A DNA stretch of 64,000 nucleotides from Takakia lepidozioides. Lineage: Eukaryota; Plantae; Bryophyta. Below are positions 1-13,400 of the stretch, in pieces. Both the position numbers and the translations under genes were made by a program. Under the pieces are notes generated by a model. It worked only from the letters and a program-made list of their open reading frames with translations, did no database searches and had not been told where the DNA came from. The DNA is taken from assembly GCA_030704615.1 (NCBI GenBank), contig CM060732.1, positions 48,608,001 to 48,672,000 of the forward strand. The letters are read 5' to 3'. Position 1 is the stretch's first letter, and every line of letters starts with the position of its first letter.

Positions 1-387
1 AAGGAAGGTTCTTCCATTACATTAGAAGATCCATTTACAGTATCTGGCAGTAAACCAGTTGGTCGCACCTACATCTATAAATTGACTGCTTGTGGGTCAG
101 TGACATCCAGAACCAATTGTTCCCATGCTGAATTGTTAATTCTCAATTGTTAAAGTATCATAAATACATCCACAACCAACAGCACTGAAAATATTTGACA
201 TGAGGTTCATAATTTCTTGGTCTATACGTTGGGACACAGCAGATAATAACTGCTTCGGTTACTGCAGGAAACTTTTCAAGTTGAAGTGCCAAGTTGAAGT
301 GCACTTCTGTACAAATCCCTTAGAGGGAGGGAGGAATTGGGGGTGCGGAGGGGACGAGGGGGTTTAGATAGAGGCACCACCTCCACT

Positions 388-2751
388 TTAGACACCAATA
401 GCAAGTGCAATGCCAAAGGCAGCTGCAGATGCCAAAGCTCCAATAAAGGCTGTCTGGAAAGCACTCCACCATGGTCGAAGGCCAGTGAAGCGACCCTTCA
501 CATAACCAAATATGAGAAGGGCTATCAGGGTGACCACAGCAGAGACCTTTAGGGCAGTACGAGCATCAGGAATGAGAATGTATGGTAGCAAAGGAACGAG
601 GCCCCCCACAATGTAGGAACCTGCTATAGTAAGTGCACTCTGCAGTGCCCTTTTTGGGTCAGGCCTTTCCAACCCTAATTCGAACCTGCAAAACAAAAGA
701 GAATATAAGCTCCACATTTTCAATCTGCAGCTGTAGCTCATGTTGCTCAACTTGCTCTAGTGATCCCTTTGACACTAGGGGATCCAGCTGTCAGTTTGTC
801 TCTGAATCTCAAGTATCTGTCGTCAGTTACGCCCTTTCCTTACATTATGGCATCCTCTCTGCCTGTCCTCATTCAGTCTAGGGTAGAGCTGTGCATTCAC
901 TGCATACTCTCACACACTCTCATAAGCCTGCTCTCTGACTGTGTGTCTGTCTGTCTCTGCCTGTTTCACATTGGCAATGCAACCAGACCGCCTAGGTCAC
1001 ATCCTTTTCAGGGTAGAGGAAGCAGTAGGACACTGTCAATGCCGATCCTTATATCGACACTCAATCCCCTCACTCAACAATTGCTCATGCAGCGGGGACA
1101 CCTAGCAACTTTGAGCATCACATATCCAGGTGTGCTTAATAATGCAGAAATAAGAAGCGGTGCGACTTGTGGCCCAAGAGAAATGGATGTGGACAAATGA
1201 CAAGATTGTGGGTGAGTCCATCAATGCTTATTAGTCAAGACTGACCGAAAATGGCCAACTACGTCCCCATTTACCCCAACTCTTCTGCAGAATCTGCAGA
1301 AGGATGAGAAAAAACCTCATCATGAAGTCAACCCAGGCCTCTGGTCGCTTTCTCAAAGCTTCCACAACAGGCCAATACTCATTTGGCTCCAGCCCAAAAT
1401 TTGCGAGAATGTCTGCCACCTCATCAGCCTCTGCAATTCCACGAATCACACAGCTAGATGTCATTATGTGGCCAAAAAAGGTGGTAATAAATTAGAACCC
1501 AGGTCTACATACTTCCAGAACTGCCCAGAATATTTTGAGAATGTACTACCATCTATCCGGATACTTCATCATGGAAAAACCTTTGTGTTTATAAACCAAA
1601 ACTAATCATGCTGCTAACCCCTTCACCAAGGAAATTGGAAGCATCCCAAAGGATTAAGCAGTTCGTAACGCTGCCATGATTGAAAAGGCTCTCTCACCAA
1701 CATCAAGCTGCAAGAAACACAGAACTTGGAAAGTCCAACCAGACCAATTTTCCTGCACCCCGCTATGTGATTGACTGCAGGCTCTACTATGCTCACCAGT
1801 GTCTGGAACAGTGGTAATCTCTTCTTCTTCACGCTTCCGTTCACTATTATAGTGGTCCACATCACTTCTTGCTGCAAGGTACCTGCCACCACCCTCCTTC
1901 AGAATTTTCTCTCTGGTTCATAACCCGCTGATGGCTACCTGAGACTCTATGGCTTCAAGAATCCAAAAAACTTGTCCATTGTAATCTACCATATATTTCC
2001 TTGAATGCACATATATATATTTCAAAACTACTCAATCGTAGCACCCTCGTAGTTGTGTCTGCGACAAGAAATCCCTGTCCATTTTCTCAATAACACAAGA
2101 TACGGACAACTGGACGGGAGGAAATGAAGAAAGGCCAGAAAGGCTGCAGATAGGAATAAGACAGAGAATCAAACCAAATTGGAGGTAGAAAGTTTCGAAA
2201 CTTGTGTGTGAGACACATTTCACCAACTGCGAATTGAGGGAACAACTGAACACACTACACCATCAATTAGAATGCCCTGTGAACCCTGAGTTTCAAATCT
2301 GCTCGAATCCCCTCAGGGTACTGGACCTGTTGGAGTCGTAACTGTGGTAATAACCCACTCGGGTTTATAATTCAGCTGGAGCATTCGCGCATAGAGATAT
2401 CATCGCTTACAGGTTGATTGTGCTTTGATTCAAAGATACAATTAACACGACACTATAAATCATATGGATTGTGGCACTCCCAACTTCCCCTCTCATTAAC
2501 GCATGCGATACATAGAAGACAACCAGGAGAGAGAGAGAGAGAACAGACCCGCCAAGGCCCATAGCAATCGCGCCGGCTGCAACCTCGGCAAGACCGGCAG
2601 TGACAACAATTGAGGATGGCGCAGAAGCGCCGGAGAGTCCAGCTGCCAGTGCAAAGGGTACAGTGAGCCCATCGCTCATGCCTATTACAATGTCTCGCAC
2701 CACCTCCCCTGCTGTAAAGTGCTTCTCCACATGCACCGTGGCCGGCGACAT
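388..2751 (-). CDS. VIT1: Vacuolar iron transporter (VIT1/CCC1 family); 4 exons: 2751-2549, 1882-1797, 1430-1316, 685-388
   Basis: Joined exons give ...HVEKHFTAGEVVRDIVIGMSDGLTVPFALAAGLSG...GLAEVAAGAIAMGLGG/YLAARSDVDHY...REEEEI/EADEVADIL...AWVDFMMR/FELGLERPDPKRALQSALTIA...PLLPY. These are typical plant VIT1 motifs, and all introns are GT-AG with consistent phase. Confidence 0.95.
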
Positions 2752-4327
2752 CTTGCTCCTCCTTCACACCCACCACTCGTCTTCAAATCCGCTCCTCCTT
2801 CACAACCCAACAATTTCAGAACCTTGAGGTACCACCCACAAAGCTGCAGCCGGACAATCTCAGCACCTGCGCACCTGCACACTACCACAGTGAGTCGAGT
2901 CCTCACTCCTTGACAAGAAGAACCTACAGACGTGCATCAATGTCTAATCCCTAAACAAGTAGCTACCTTGAATTGTTTGTTGCTTCTCTTCCACGAGTCA
3001 CTTGCCTTCTCCATCTCCAAGGGTACTTGCTATATGTGTCCTCCCATGGTTGCTATCTGCACTACAGTTCTTTGGACACCTACACATCAGACAGTGCTAC
3101 AGTTCAGAGGTTGGGGTACCAAAGATGGTCCCCCTGCATGCAGTAGATTAAGGGTAGTCCCAGAGATAGGGCCTACCTCCACAATGGTGGGCACCCTGGA
3201 CGATATGAATGAGTCTATGAAGGATATTCCATCCACGCGTACCAGAAAGATTCAGTGGGTCAGGGAGATTCAAATGGGCAGTGGTTTGCAGTTTGCACTT
3301 TTCAGTGAGAGGAAAAACGGGTGTGATCGAGTGTGGAGGGGAGGGGAGGGCAGGACAGCGGTTTGCAGGCCTGTCAGATGTCTTTCTGCTTCCATGGCCC
3401 ACCACGGTTGACGGTAATCATGCACTTCCATTTTTCCTGAGCGAGAGGGTGGTGGGTGTGTGCGGTAGCTTGCAGCTGGGGGTGGTGGAGACGAGAGGTA
3501 CATAATGGTGGCTGTGGATGCCATGTGCGGAGCGGTGCTAATGACAGCTACTTGAGTACGTGTTGCTCCTCTCTGCCTGTGCCTCATTATTGATTACTTT
3601 TGCTCTCTCTGGAGTAAGCTATGTTTTTGTTAGGAGCTTCTCTCTCTCGCCCTGTTCGAGGGGCTGCATCGTGTTGCTTTCATATGCATTGTGTCTTTGG
3701 GAGTGTAGTGGGTGTTATTGTACAGATATGACTTTTTCTTGCTTAAATTGGATGCAAGAGACGGTGAAGCTGCTGACGAGGCAGTCATCCATGACTAAAG
3801 CAAAACTGTGGTCTGATAAGAACTGAGAGGTGCGACGAAAGAGATTGTAAACAAGGGAAGGGGGCAGGGGTTTCGCATGGCAGCATTGTGATATCGACCG
3901 CGGAGGGAGCAGATTCGTTGCCAGAGAGTGTTTTCTTGTGTACACGGGGATACCGTATCCTGCTGCAGGAATCCACCAGAAGGAAAGCTGCACGCACCAA
4001 TGGCCTCTACTCACACAATGCTATGTAAATTTTTCTCAAGGAGAAAAGAAGAGGAGCAAGGCTGGGCGGCAGTTGTTACAGGAATCTGGCCTGCTTGGAG
4101 GACATGAGACTTCGAATTCGGAAGGAGCTTCCTCACGATATTTCGCGATGGAGAAGTAACGAGTCGTCTGAATGGTCTGAACCCACCACTTACTTGCCCA
4201 CCACCAGGATCCTTTCCGACACACTTCCTACCATGTTGCATCCCCTAATGCATATTCTGCTTTCTCTCTTCTGTCCGACGATATTCCTGGAACTGGAAAC
4301 GCAAATTGTGCAGATGATCCTGTAGTG

Positions 4328-7230
4328 ATGGCCGCAGGGCTTTCTGCAGGCGCACCTAGACGGCTCCCTTTCACTGATGGTAGTTCTGCCATGGCCTCTG
4401 CTGTGGAGGGAGGGAGCAGCCCTAGCGGCCATAGTTCTGCTATGGACGGAGGTCGCAAGGAGCGTCGGCAGTGGGGAACTGGCATAGGGCCACAAGCAAG
4501 TGAGCAAACAATGGCGGCTGTTCGGAATTTTGGTGTTCCCCACCCCAGCCATGGGGGATTGCCTACTTCCACTGTGGACCCGGCTCTCTATCAGAATTTG
4601 GTGGATATGATTCCCCTCATGGAGAGCTTCCTGGTATGGTAACTGTCTTTCTTTTGGTCAAATATTTTTCAGCAGGTGTTTGATTACGTTTTGTGCATGA
4701 ATTCATGCTATGACTAGAAGTAAGAGGGAGAAGTTTTGTGACGGTGCAGGACTAGGTGTGAGCAGCACTTCTAACTCGTCAAATGGTACCGGTCAACTGG
4801 TTACTTCATTTGTGGCTACCTGGGGACTTTCAAGTCCTTGGGGGAGGGATGGGCAACTGCATTGCCCTGGTTGCAGCCATTAGAAGGTGTCCAGTTTCCA
4901 AATGGAAGGCAGTAGCCCCACTTGCTTCGGCAAGAGTCTTGCTTCCTTGTTGGTACCTTTGTGAGCCCTCTGTCAATTTACGAGTTAGTGGGGAAGTCTG
5001 AGTCCTTGAGACCAATTGGAAAGAGTTGGATGGGACTGTTGCCAGGATCAGCAAGGAGCGCGCACCATGTTTGCACACCATGCTTCCATGGTCTACACAC
5101 CGACTCCACCTCGGGATGTTCTCAGCAAGAAGGTGCATGTCCACTGTCCCCTTAGATATGTTTATTAATGTTAGCAGTTTAGACATCAGCTTCTTGTAGA
5201 AAATGGCAGTAGAAGACATCATCTACCGACAACCTTGTAATATTTTTGTCTGGAGTTCTACATGACATTGGATCTGGAGAAGTTAGTTGAGATTCTGTTG
5301 AAGGTAAGGCAGAGGGGAGAAGACAGACAGGGACAGACAGGATAAATGCAATTCAAATTTCTTTTTGTCCCTTGTTGGTCTCATGACCTTCGTCCCTTGA
5401 TACTAGTGAGATTGTTGAGCGTACAACCAGTTGTCAGATAGATGGGGAAGAGAGAGAGGACACTGAGACCAGAGACAGAACAGCTTGGGGGCTGGAGGGT
5501 TTATGGTTTGGGCCATGTTAAAAAGGTATGCTACAAAGTAGGCACCTTATTGGTGAGAATTTGGATGTATCACCATTGAAATATAGTGGCTGGATTATAC
5601 CAAATTTGTTACAGTAGTCCTAATTGTGCCAGGTTATTGTGCTGGATACAGGTTTGTGATTTCATTAAATTACGATGATATTCAGCCATTACAAAGGGGT
5701 TGCCAGTTGTCTGAGGCTGGTGCTAATCCAAATCTTGCATCTTAATGATATATATATATTCAAGCACAAGTCTAATTGTTGTTTGTGGCAGACTCCTGAA
5801 ACTCCAGCTAAAACAAATAAGGATTCAACCCCCCGGCGTGCGGCTGCTAAGACTGTGAATGCTAAAGAAGATAGCTGTGTATGGGAGGAAAGCGAAAATA
5901 TCCTGCGTAGAGTGGAGGGAAGGATGCCGTGTGAGGAGGAATCCCCAACATCACCTCAGGCCCCATCTGTGCATGCACATCAGCTACAGAATGAGATTGA
6001 GGAACTGAAGCAGATGCTCGTGGAGAAGGATTGCCTCTTGCAGACCATGTCCCACCCCCCCCTCCAGCACACACGCCAGCTACAGGAGATTGATAAACTC
6101 AAGCAAAAGCTCTGGGAAAAGGACTGCCTGTTAGAAACCACAGTCAATCAGACTTCTCAGGACACATATCTACTGCATGAACTTGAGGAGCTGAAGCAGA
6201 AACTCTCAGAGAAGGAGTGCCTCTTGGTGAACACAGCTAAACGATCAGCAGCTGAGGTGGCAGCCAGCAAGGCAGCCAGGGATAAGGATGTCCTGCAGTT
6301 GCAGACTCAAATGGAGAAACTGCAGCAGGAATTGCTGGAGAAAGACCAACTTGCCCAGTCTACTCAGTGTCGTCTTTCTGAAAAGCAGGTGCAGCCCCCC
6401 TCCCTTCAACTCCAGGTGTATTGTAATACTTGTTGAGCACGTCCAGCATGGAAATATTTCCACAGATTCAGGCCAAATCGGCACTACTCGAAATTGATTC
6501 ATTATCTTTAGGCCATATCCTAGTAGAGCACTTCAACATTACAATGACAAGCACGGACATGTCTGTGCCGCAGCACGAACTTGGAAAGATGCGATCACTG
6601 CTGGAGAGGGTGGAAAGGGATATTGCCAGGACAAACACCAAAGCAGCCAGCATGGAGGCAGAATTAAATGGGTTACGCTGCCAGGTGGTAACACTGCGTT
6701 ATCAGCTCGATGCTGTGGACAGCAGTGGCACAACAGATGGCACGGGTTTGCAGCAGGTTATGTCCCTTCTGTTGGTGCCATAATTTGCCGTGTCTAAGAT
6801 GATGTCGCAAGATTTTCATTATGAATAGCTTCTTGTTCTAGTCCTTCAACAGATCTTAGCGGGCTATCACTGCATAGTTCCTCTAAACTGACTTCTGAGT
6901 GGCATTGAAATCCTTTCAGCTCAATGCTCGGCTTGTGATTGGCAGGACGTTGTGGATAGCGAGAGTCATCTGGTATACGTTGCAGGTGATAATGAGGACA
7001 GGCTGCTAGCTGCTGTGTTAAATGAGGTAAAGGAAGAGAGAGAGAAGTTGGAGTTGGCCAGACGGAAATATCTTGGAGCCATTGTTGCTGCACGAGAGCA
7101 ACAAGGTGAAGAGGCTCTTATTCTGGTTGCTGAGCTGCGAATGCAGCTGGAAGCCTATCTCACACAACCCTCTCATGCATCCTGTGGTGCCCACAGTTTT
7201 GCAAGTAGAGGGCATCCATCACTTGATTGA
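4328..7230 (+). CDS. Microtubule/movement-protein binding protein 2C-like coiled-coil protein; exons ~4328-4633, 5046-5132, 5792-6388, 6574-6756, 6946-7230
   Basis: VDPALYQNLVDMIPLMESFL / ASMVYTPTP, a long coiled coil, and C-terminal LELARRKYLGAIVAAREQQGEEALILVAELRMQLEAYL resemble plant MPB2C. GT-AG phase-0 junctions. Confidence 0.8.
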
Positions 7231-8699
7231 ACCTTCTAAGCCTGTCATTCCCACTGTTTGGCCGTGCAAAGGCTACATTTCCTTTCGTCTTTTTTTTGTT
7301 CTGTATCATGTGAAATGTTTCTGCTGGGCTCCATTGCCACTTACTGCATACAATATACTGGCATGGATTCTTAATCGGCAACTGCTGTAAGGAGACCCAG
7401 GTGCAGCACTTTGTCTTCTAGCACAAGGGATACCAATTGAAGATCATTTGAGTGTCTCGAAAGGGTTGGCCTGTATAGCTTATTCCTGATAGCTAAAGTT
7501 CCAGTTTGCAGATATCTTGAAGTTGGAAGGCTTTAGTTGCTATCAATGTGGCAATGATCTAAATTAATGTTTTGAACGGTATTGAGGAGGGAATCGATTC
7601 ACAACAGTGTCATGGGGACAAGTACGGTGGCAATAGCCAGGGCCATATTACTGCATCTGAGGCAATATTTTCTTCAATCTGCCACGGTTTTGAGATGTTT
7701 TAAATTTCCTACAAGTTTTCTTTAGAAGAAGGGGAGGAAGGCCGAAGGCCCACTAATTTGGAAGTCTTTGGAAGTCTTGCTACAGCAAATTCAGTCAGTT
7801 CATCCCTTTGACTTCTGTACCCTTGAATCTGGGAGTTCTGCTGTTGAATTAAAACCAACTGTCATGTGCAACTGTGATGATCAAGAGAGATTGTTGCCAT
7901 TGGCTTTTGCCTATGGCAAGCTCGGAATTGCTTACCTTCTTGTAGCCCTGGGGGTTCTCACTCAGCAGGTGAAAAAATTGGAGTGAAATTTCTGTAGCTG
8001 TGATCGACAGCTGATTGTTTTCCATTGGGTTTGATGAGTGTTGGTGAATGTATTGCCATTGACATCGTAGAGCACATCGTGGAATCCACCACTGCACCTG
8101 TAGACCTCTACCATAAGGAGGTGAGATGTGTCCAGTGGTTGCGGGTGCCGATCACAATGTAATGCTAGAGGACAGGAAAAAGAAAGAATGTACTCATAAG
8201 ACGCCGTTTGTTGTAGCCTTGTGACCATTGACCCCGTGCCCAGAAAAATGAAAGAGAGAGAGAGAAAAAAAAGTACTTGTTTGTTCTTTCACTGGGCACA
8301 TTAGCACTTATATACAAGACAGTGGCCATGGGATACTAATCCCCCTGGAGCTAGAGAGTTAACACATGCTAGAAGCCACAATGTTGATTCCAGCGCTGCT
8401 GCAAATTGAGCCCTGATTGAGCCCTGATATGAAACTGACGCCAATGCGAGTGGAAGTGGGAGAGGGAGACTTTTGTTGCCCTGCCTTCTCAAGGCAGGAC
8501 TACGCAAAGGGTTCAGCCCCGCTTTTGACGCTTTACCCTTTTCTTTTCTTTTTTCTTTGATTTACTCTTCCAATTCGATCGATACAGTTGCCACCAGAAT
8601 ATTCTGTCCATATTTCTAATGAATAACATCACAGGTAATATCCTCATTAGCATGCACAAGTTGAACTCCAGACCTAAAGACCATGAAACTGTTCATCCA

Positions 8700-9283
8700 G
8701 GGAGTTCAATGTGGGTGAATCCACATACATATAGGCAGCAAGCAGCAAATCCTATAATTCAAGTGGGTGTTCTCAATTCTTACTCCTTGATGGTCATCAG
8801 TATTTCAGGAAAGGCTGCCTATGGTAATGTTTAAATGAAGTTACATCAGGGACTTGTTTGACATCAGGAACTGAAGAAGAAGGAACAGGAGCTGAAAGCC
8901 AAGGAGAATGCCTTACAAAAGAAGGAACAGGTTTAGCTGTGCTTCAAGATTACCCAAAAGTGAGTATGATCTTGGGCAGTAAATCTCCCAAATTTGATTG
9001 GCCCCAATGATGTGCTCCCGGTACTTTTCTGAACCCTTTTAGGTATGGGTTGTTCCTGAAAATCAATATCAAGCATTCAAAGGGACAAACCTGATGGGTC
9101 CATGAAAGATAAGTGTCCCTGCAATTTGTCTACTTGAAGTGTCTGGAAAGCCCTAACTAATTACTTGTGCCAAGAACTGTGCACTACTGCTGTGAGCCCC
9201 TCATAACGAAAACAAAGCACCCCTCTACATTACACCAAAAGGAAAAACCACCACAAAGAATCAATGAAACAAAAACATACATT
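8700..9283. mobile_element. Left half of an older, diverged fragment of the same CACTA family (target of the 9284-19089 insertion)
   Basis: 8705-8755 matches 13715-13762. 8945-9107 matches 13806-13997. 9270-9283 (caaaaacatacatt) matches 14287-14300. Confidence 0.75.
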
Positions 9284-9483
9284 CACTACAACAGATGAGC
9301 GTTTTTATGACTTCACATATGACTATTTTTTCAGTCTTATATGTGTTCATGACTACATCACTCTGTAGTGAAAAAAGCCCTATCATAGCGACTAGTCTTT
9401 AGGACTGCGTTTTGCAAATCATATCCGTGACTGCTTGCGTGGCACCTGGAGTCCTGCTGCAGAGAGGGTTGCAGTCACAACTA

Positions 9484-9905
9484 TATGACTAATATATGAC
9501 TACATTGTCTGTTGAGCGCTGCCTACATGGAGAGGCTTCAGCGGGACACGTGCGCCACTGCGCAAGCGACACGTCATGCATTCGTCAGGGGATCATATGA
9601 CTATACGTCTGCAAAGTGATGCCTACATGGAGAGGCGACGGATGGACACGTGCGCCACTGCGAATTTGACATGTCACGACTTCTTGCCATGATCATATGA
9701 TTACATGTCTGCACAGTGATGCCTACATGGAGAGGCGCTAGCGGGACACGTGTGCTATGGCAGATTTCACACGTGGTGACTACATGACTCGCTCATATGA
9801 CTACAGGGATGTCTACATGGAGAGTTATTAGCGGGACACCTGTTGCACTTGAGATGCGATATGTGGCACACAGACAAAATATATGACTACGGATCTTTAC
9901 ACATG
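9484..9905 (+). repeat. CACTA subterminal tandem repeats, ~4 units of ~95-100 bp
   Basis: Recurrent atatgact...gcctacatggagagg...ggacacgtg, with the core at ~9521, 9620, 9721 and 9811. Confidence 0.85.
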
Positions 9906-10449
9906 GTGAAAATATGGATAAAGAATGTCGTGTCATATACTGCCACGTGTTCTGGTTTGAGCAAGAGTGATGTCACGTGTCATCAAGATTGTTTTCCGAA
10001 ATAGTTTATATTTTTAATGTTCATATTTTATTTTTTAGTTTTCATTTAATATTTAAAAGAACAGGGAGATTGCAGCCTTGGATTTTTTTTTTAATGGTAT
10101 TATTTTTAATATTATTATTTAAAGTGAAAGTGAATTAAATGATTTAAAATCTTCATTACATGGTGAAATTCCAACATGAAAACAGAATGGATCCCTCCTG
10201 CATACTATCAACCACAAGGAGAATGAAAATAGTCAACTACAGGGCAATACAAGCCCTATAAATCACATTACAAAAATCCAAATGAGACCAATGTCCCAAT
10301 GGACACCTCAAAAGCCACAAGGTCAAAAAATCCATGCCTCAAAAGGCCCAGCCAAAAACAAGCAAGCCCACACATGGGCTGAATTGTTGTAGCTAAGTAT
10401 GTTCTAGTGCTATTAGAATCAAGAACTCTGTTAAACAGTGCAATACTGA

Positions 10450-13400
10450 CTATCCCTTCCGCAGCTCCATAAGTTTCAGTAACTTTAGACTCCAAAGCGT
10501 TGTCTGGCCAACCACCTGCCCCAACTCGGTCTGTTTCCTAACACCATTCACATATGGTAGAGGGGTGTTATTGACACATGCCTCTTTGATGTACACACAG
10601 GCATAATCAAGGGGCACAGCAGGATACTCGTAACCCACAACAGCACCTTGAAGAGCAACAATCAGCCCTACTCCACATTTCTTGCGTTTGGAGTTCACAT
10701 CCAACAGCCGAACCTCGTCACCCATCCTGAACTGTGATCCCAACTCCACACAAAAAAGAACACGATGTGAAAACCCATGACATACACACAACTAGGACAC
10801 TCAACATTTGCGAATTAAAGAGAGCCCCAAGGTTGGAAAAAATAAAACAGACAAGACAACGGCCTGGACTTTACTCCATTTGCAGTCTCCAGTGGTTGTG
10901 AGACCTCTTTTGGGGGGCTACTCGCCGGGTCGACACTCTTGCCTCTCGTCTGTACCGGCTTGTCGACAATATCACCTTTGTTTGTCACAAGTTCCTGTGT
11001 CACAGACCAGAGAACAACCAAGAAAGCAATGAGCAAACAGGAATAGTGAATAGAAACAAAATCCAAGTATGAATCAAACAAAAAAAGCCAACATGAAAAG
11101 CTGTAAAGAAAACCTAGCATTAATCAAGCAACCGAGGAGAAGCATCCAGGAAAGCAATGCAATGAATGAACCCACAAAATTGTAGCCTCTGGAGCACTGT
11201 CAGAATGTTTGTACCTTCACAGTAGCAGTGTTGTATGGTTGTTGTCCGAAAACAGGCTGAGACTCCAAAAACTTGGGAATACTGGCAGCTTTCGATGCCT
11301 TCCACAAGAAAGACCACAACACCTCTGTTAGATATTCATCAGTTGGTGAATCTGGTTCCACCTTCCATGGCTTTGGAAAAATCCCACTGAAGGGAGGATT
11401 GTTTGCCGCCTTTCTTGGTGTGTCGTCAACAAGAACAGTGTCCTCATAAGTCCATTCTGGCCAGTCTGCCCACACTGTAGACAAGTTCTTGAAATATAAT
11501 GGCTTTGAATCAGACCCCTTACGGCATGGGAGGACTGGATCCTCGTCACAGTGAAGGGCATCCCACTGGAAAACCAGGTTAGTGTGGGCTGCAAAAATAT
11601 AGTCCACCATTGGGAAGAAGTTGCGAGCTTGGCAACAAGACCACACCGCCACCTCAAAGTGTTCAAAACACTTTTGCAAAAAGTCATAACAGCGTGGTCT
11701 CAAAACTACCATCTTCTTGCCACACATCTTCCCCACAAAACCTTTGGGAAGGGATGCAGGCCCATTAGCAGAATGAAAAGATTCACATAACAGACCATTT
11801 AAGTTCAGAATTAGTAAATGTTTCCTCGTTGGTCCAGGAAGTAAACTGACATTTGGCTTCAACATGTGAGCAGGAGAAATTAAAGCAACCTGCTTGTTTG
11901 TTTTGTCCCCGTCTGCATCTTCCTCCCCATTAAAACTCCCACATACCTGCATACCAGAATCCGGTGTGCCCGGCGGCTCTGTCACCATTGCCCCCTGGAC
12001 TACTACTGCCTTTGTACGTGGCAAGGGCTGAATTTCCACGTGTACCTCACAGCTGGCCTTCCCTGTATCCTGCTGCTGCTCAGTCAAATTCAAAAGATCA
12101 TCAGTGACAGGAAGACATAAGGGCTTAGAGTGAGCACCAGTTACCGTCTGAAATTGGGATTCCAAACATTTTGATACTGTCACAACAGACGTATCCATCG
12201 TAGATGTCACTGGTCCTGCGCCTGGTAGATTAATCCCCAATCTGGTCACAATGGCTTTCTGGTACTCAATCATACTCTGCATCTGTAATTTTAATTTTGC
12301 CATGTCACGTCCTTGTGATTCCACCAGTTTGTCCAAGCCATCCATCCTGCCAACTACTGTAGAATATGCGAGACTTCCCTCCTGCCAATCCATGAAAACT
12401 TGCCCAAGTGAATCAAACCGAAAAAACCTAGCATGAATAACCATTGGAAAGAAAACCCAGGCCAAAAGCCTTGAAAAAAACCCTATGATGCAGCAACCAC
12501 TCTAGCAAACGTGGAAAACACACTTACCCGCCTGTCACTCCCAAATGACAACCATGACACTGAACCCTCTTGAATTTCATATAATGTAGGAGGGCACCCT
12601 GATAGTGTTTCCTACAAATTAATCCATGCCACAAACAAACCCATGCCACAAGTCAGTAAGCAATGTGAGGGCTGACTATATACACATAGCAATTCAATGA
12701 GGAACAAAATACAGAGTCGTGATGATGCCACTTACCAAGCGTGATTCCACCATTGCCTTCCCACCACGGCCAGTCTTGGTAGGATTATGAATTGCACCAT
12801 TTGTCTTCTTCATGTTGCCCGACACTTTGTGGAACACCTCTGTCTGCCAGTAACTTACAAGCTTGTTCCATACCTCGTCAGATACAGTAATGGGTTTCCC
12901 CTTACCACCCAACCACGCAGTGTGTGCTTCATAACGCTGGCTCTTCATTATTCTGCCAATTGTTTATTTTAGGTGGAAGTCTTTTAACTTGTGTGGCGTA
13001 TATGAAAATAGCTTAGCTAGGTGATCTCTGATTTCGTATACAACTTCATCAGGTTGGTTGTTGATGGCAAAGGAACAATCTAGCTTGCGATAAGCCTGTC
13101 CTTTAAGGGCAGCGTGCCATACATTCCGGGTCTGACCATACGGGGCTCCTTTGAGGTTCGTCAAAATCACCGTGGGAGGAAGACCTGCAGCTATTCTCTC
13201 TTCCTTCACCTTGGCAGCTTCAATTTTGGCTGAGCTATTAGCCCTCCTTAAAGCATTGATTCTATCATTCTTTGAAACGGCACCCTCCCCTCCTTCAGAG
13301 ACCTCCGTGCGCTCAGGAGAATTCAAAGCAAGATCCTGCCAAGTAGGGACTGGTGGCCATGGCTGTTGGCCAGAAGGCCGAGGACCATACTGGCCATACT

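Noticed and set aside
2932-4325. Several 70-160 aa ORFs between VIT1 and the MPB2C-like gene
   Set aside because: No recognisable domains; probably promoter, 5' UTR and intron sequence.
7560-8400. Possible minus-strand gene fragment
   Set aside because: All frames are interrupted and no recognisable motif was found.
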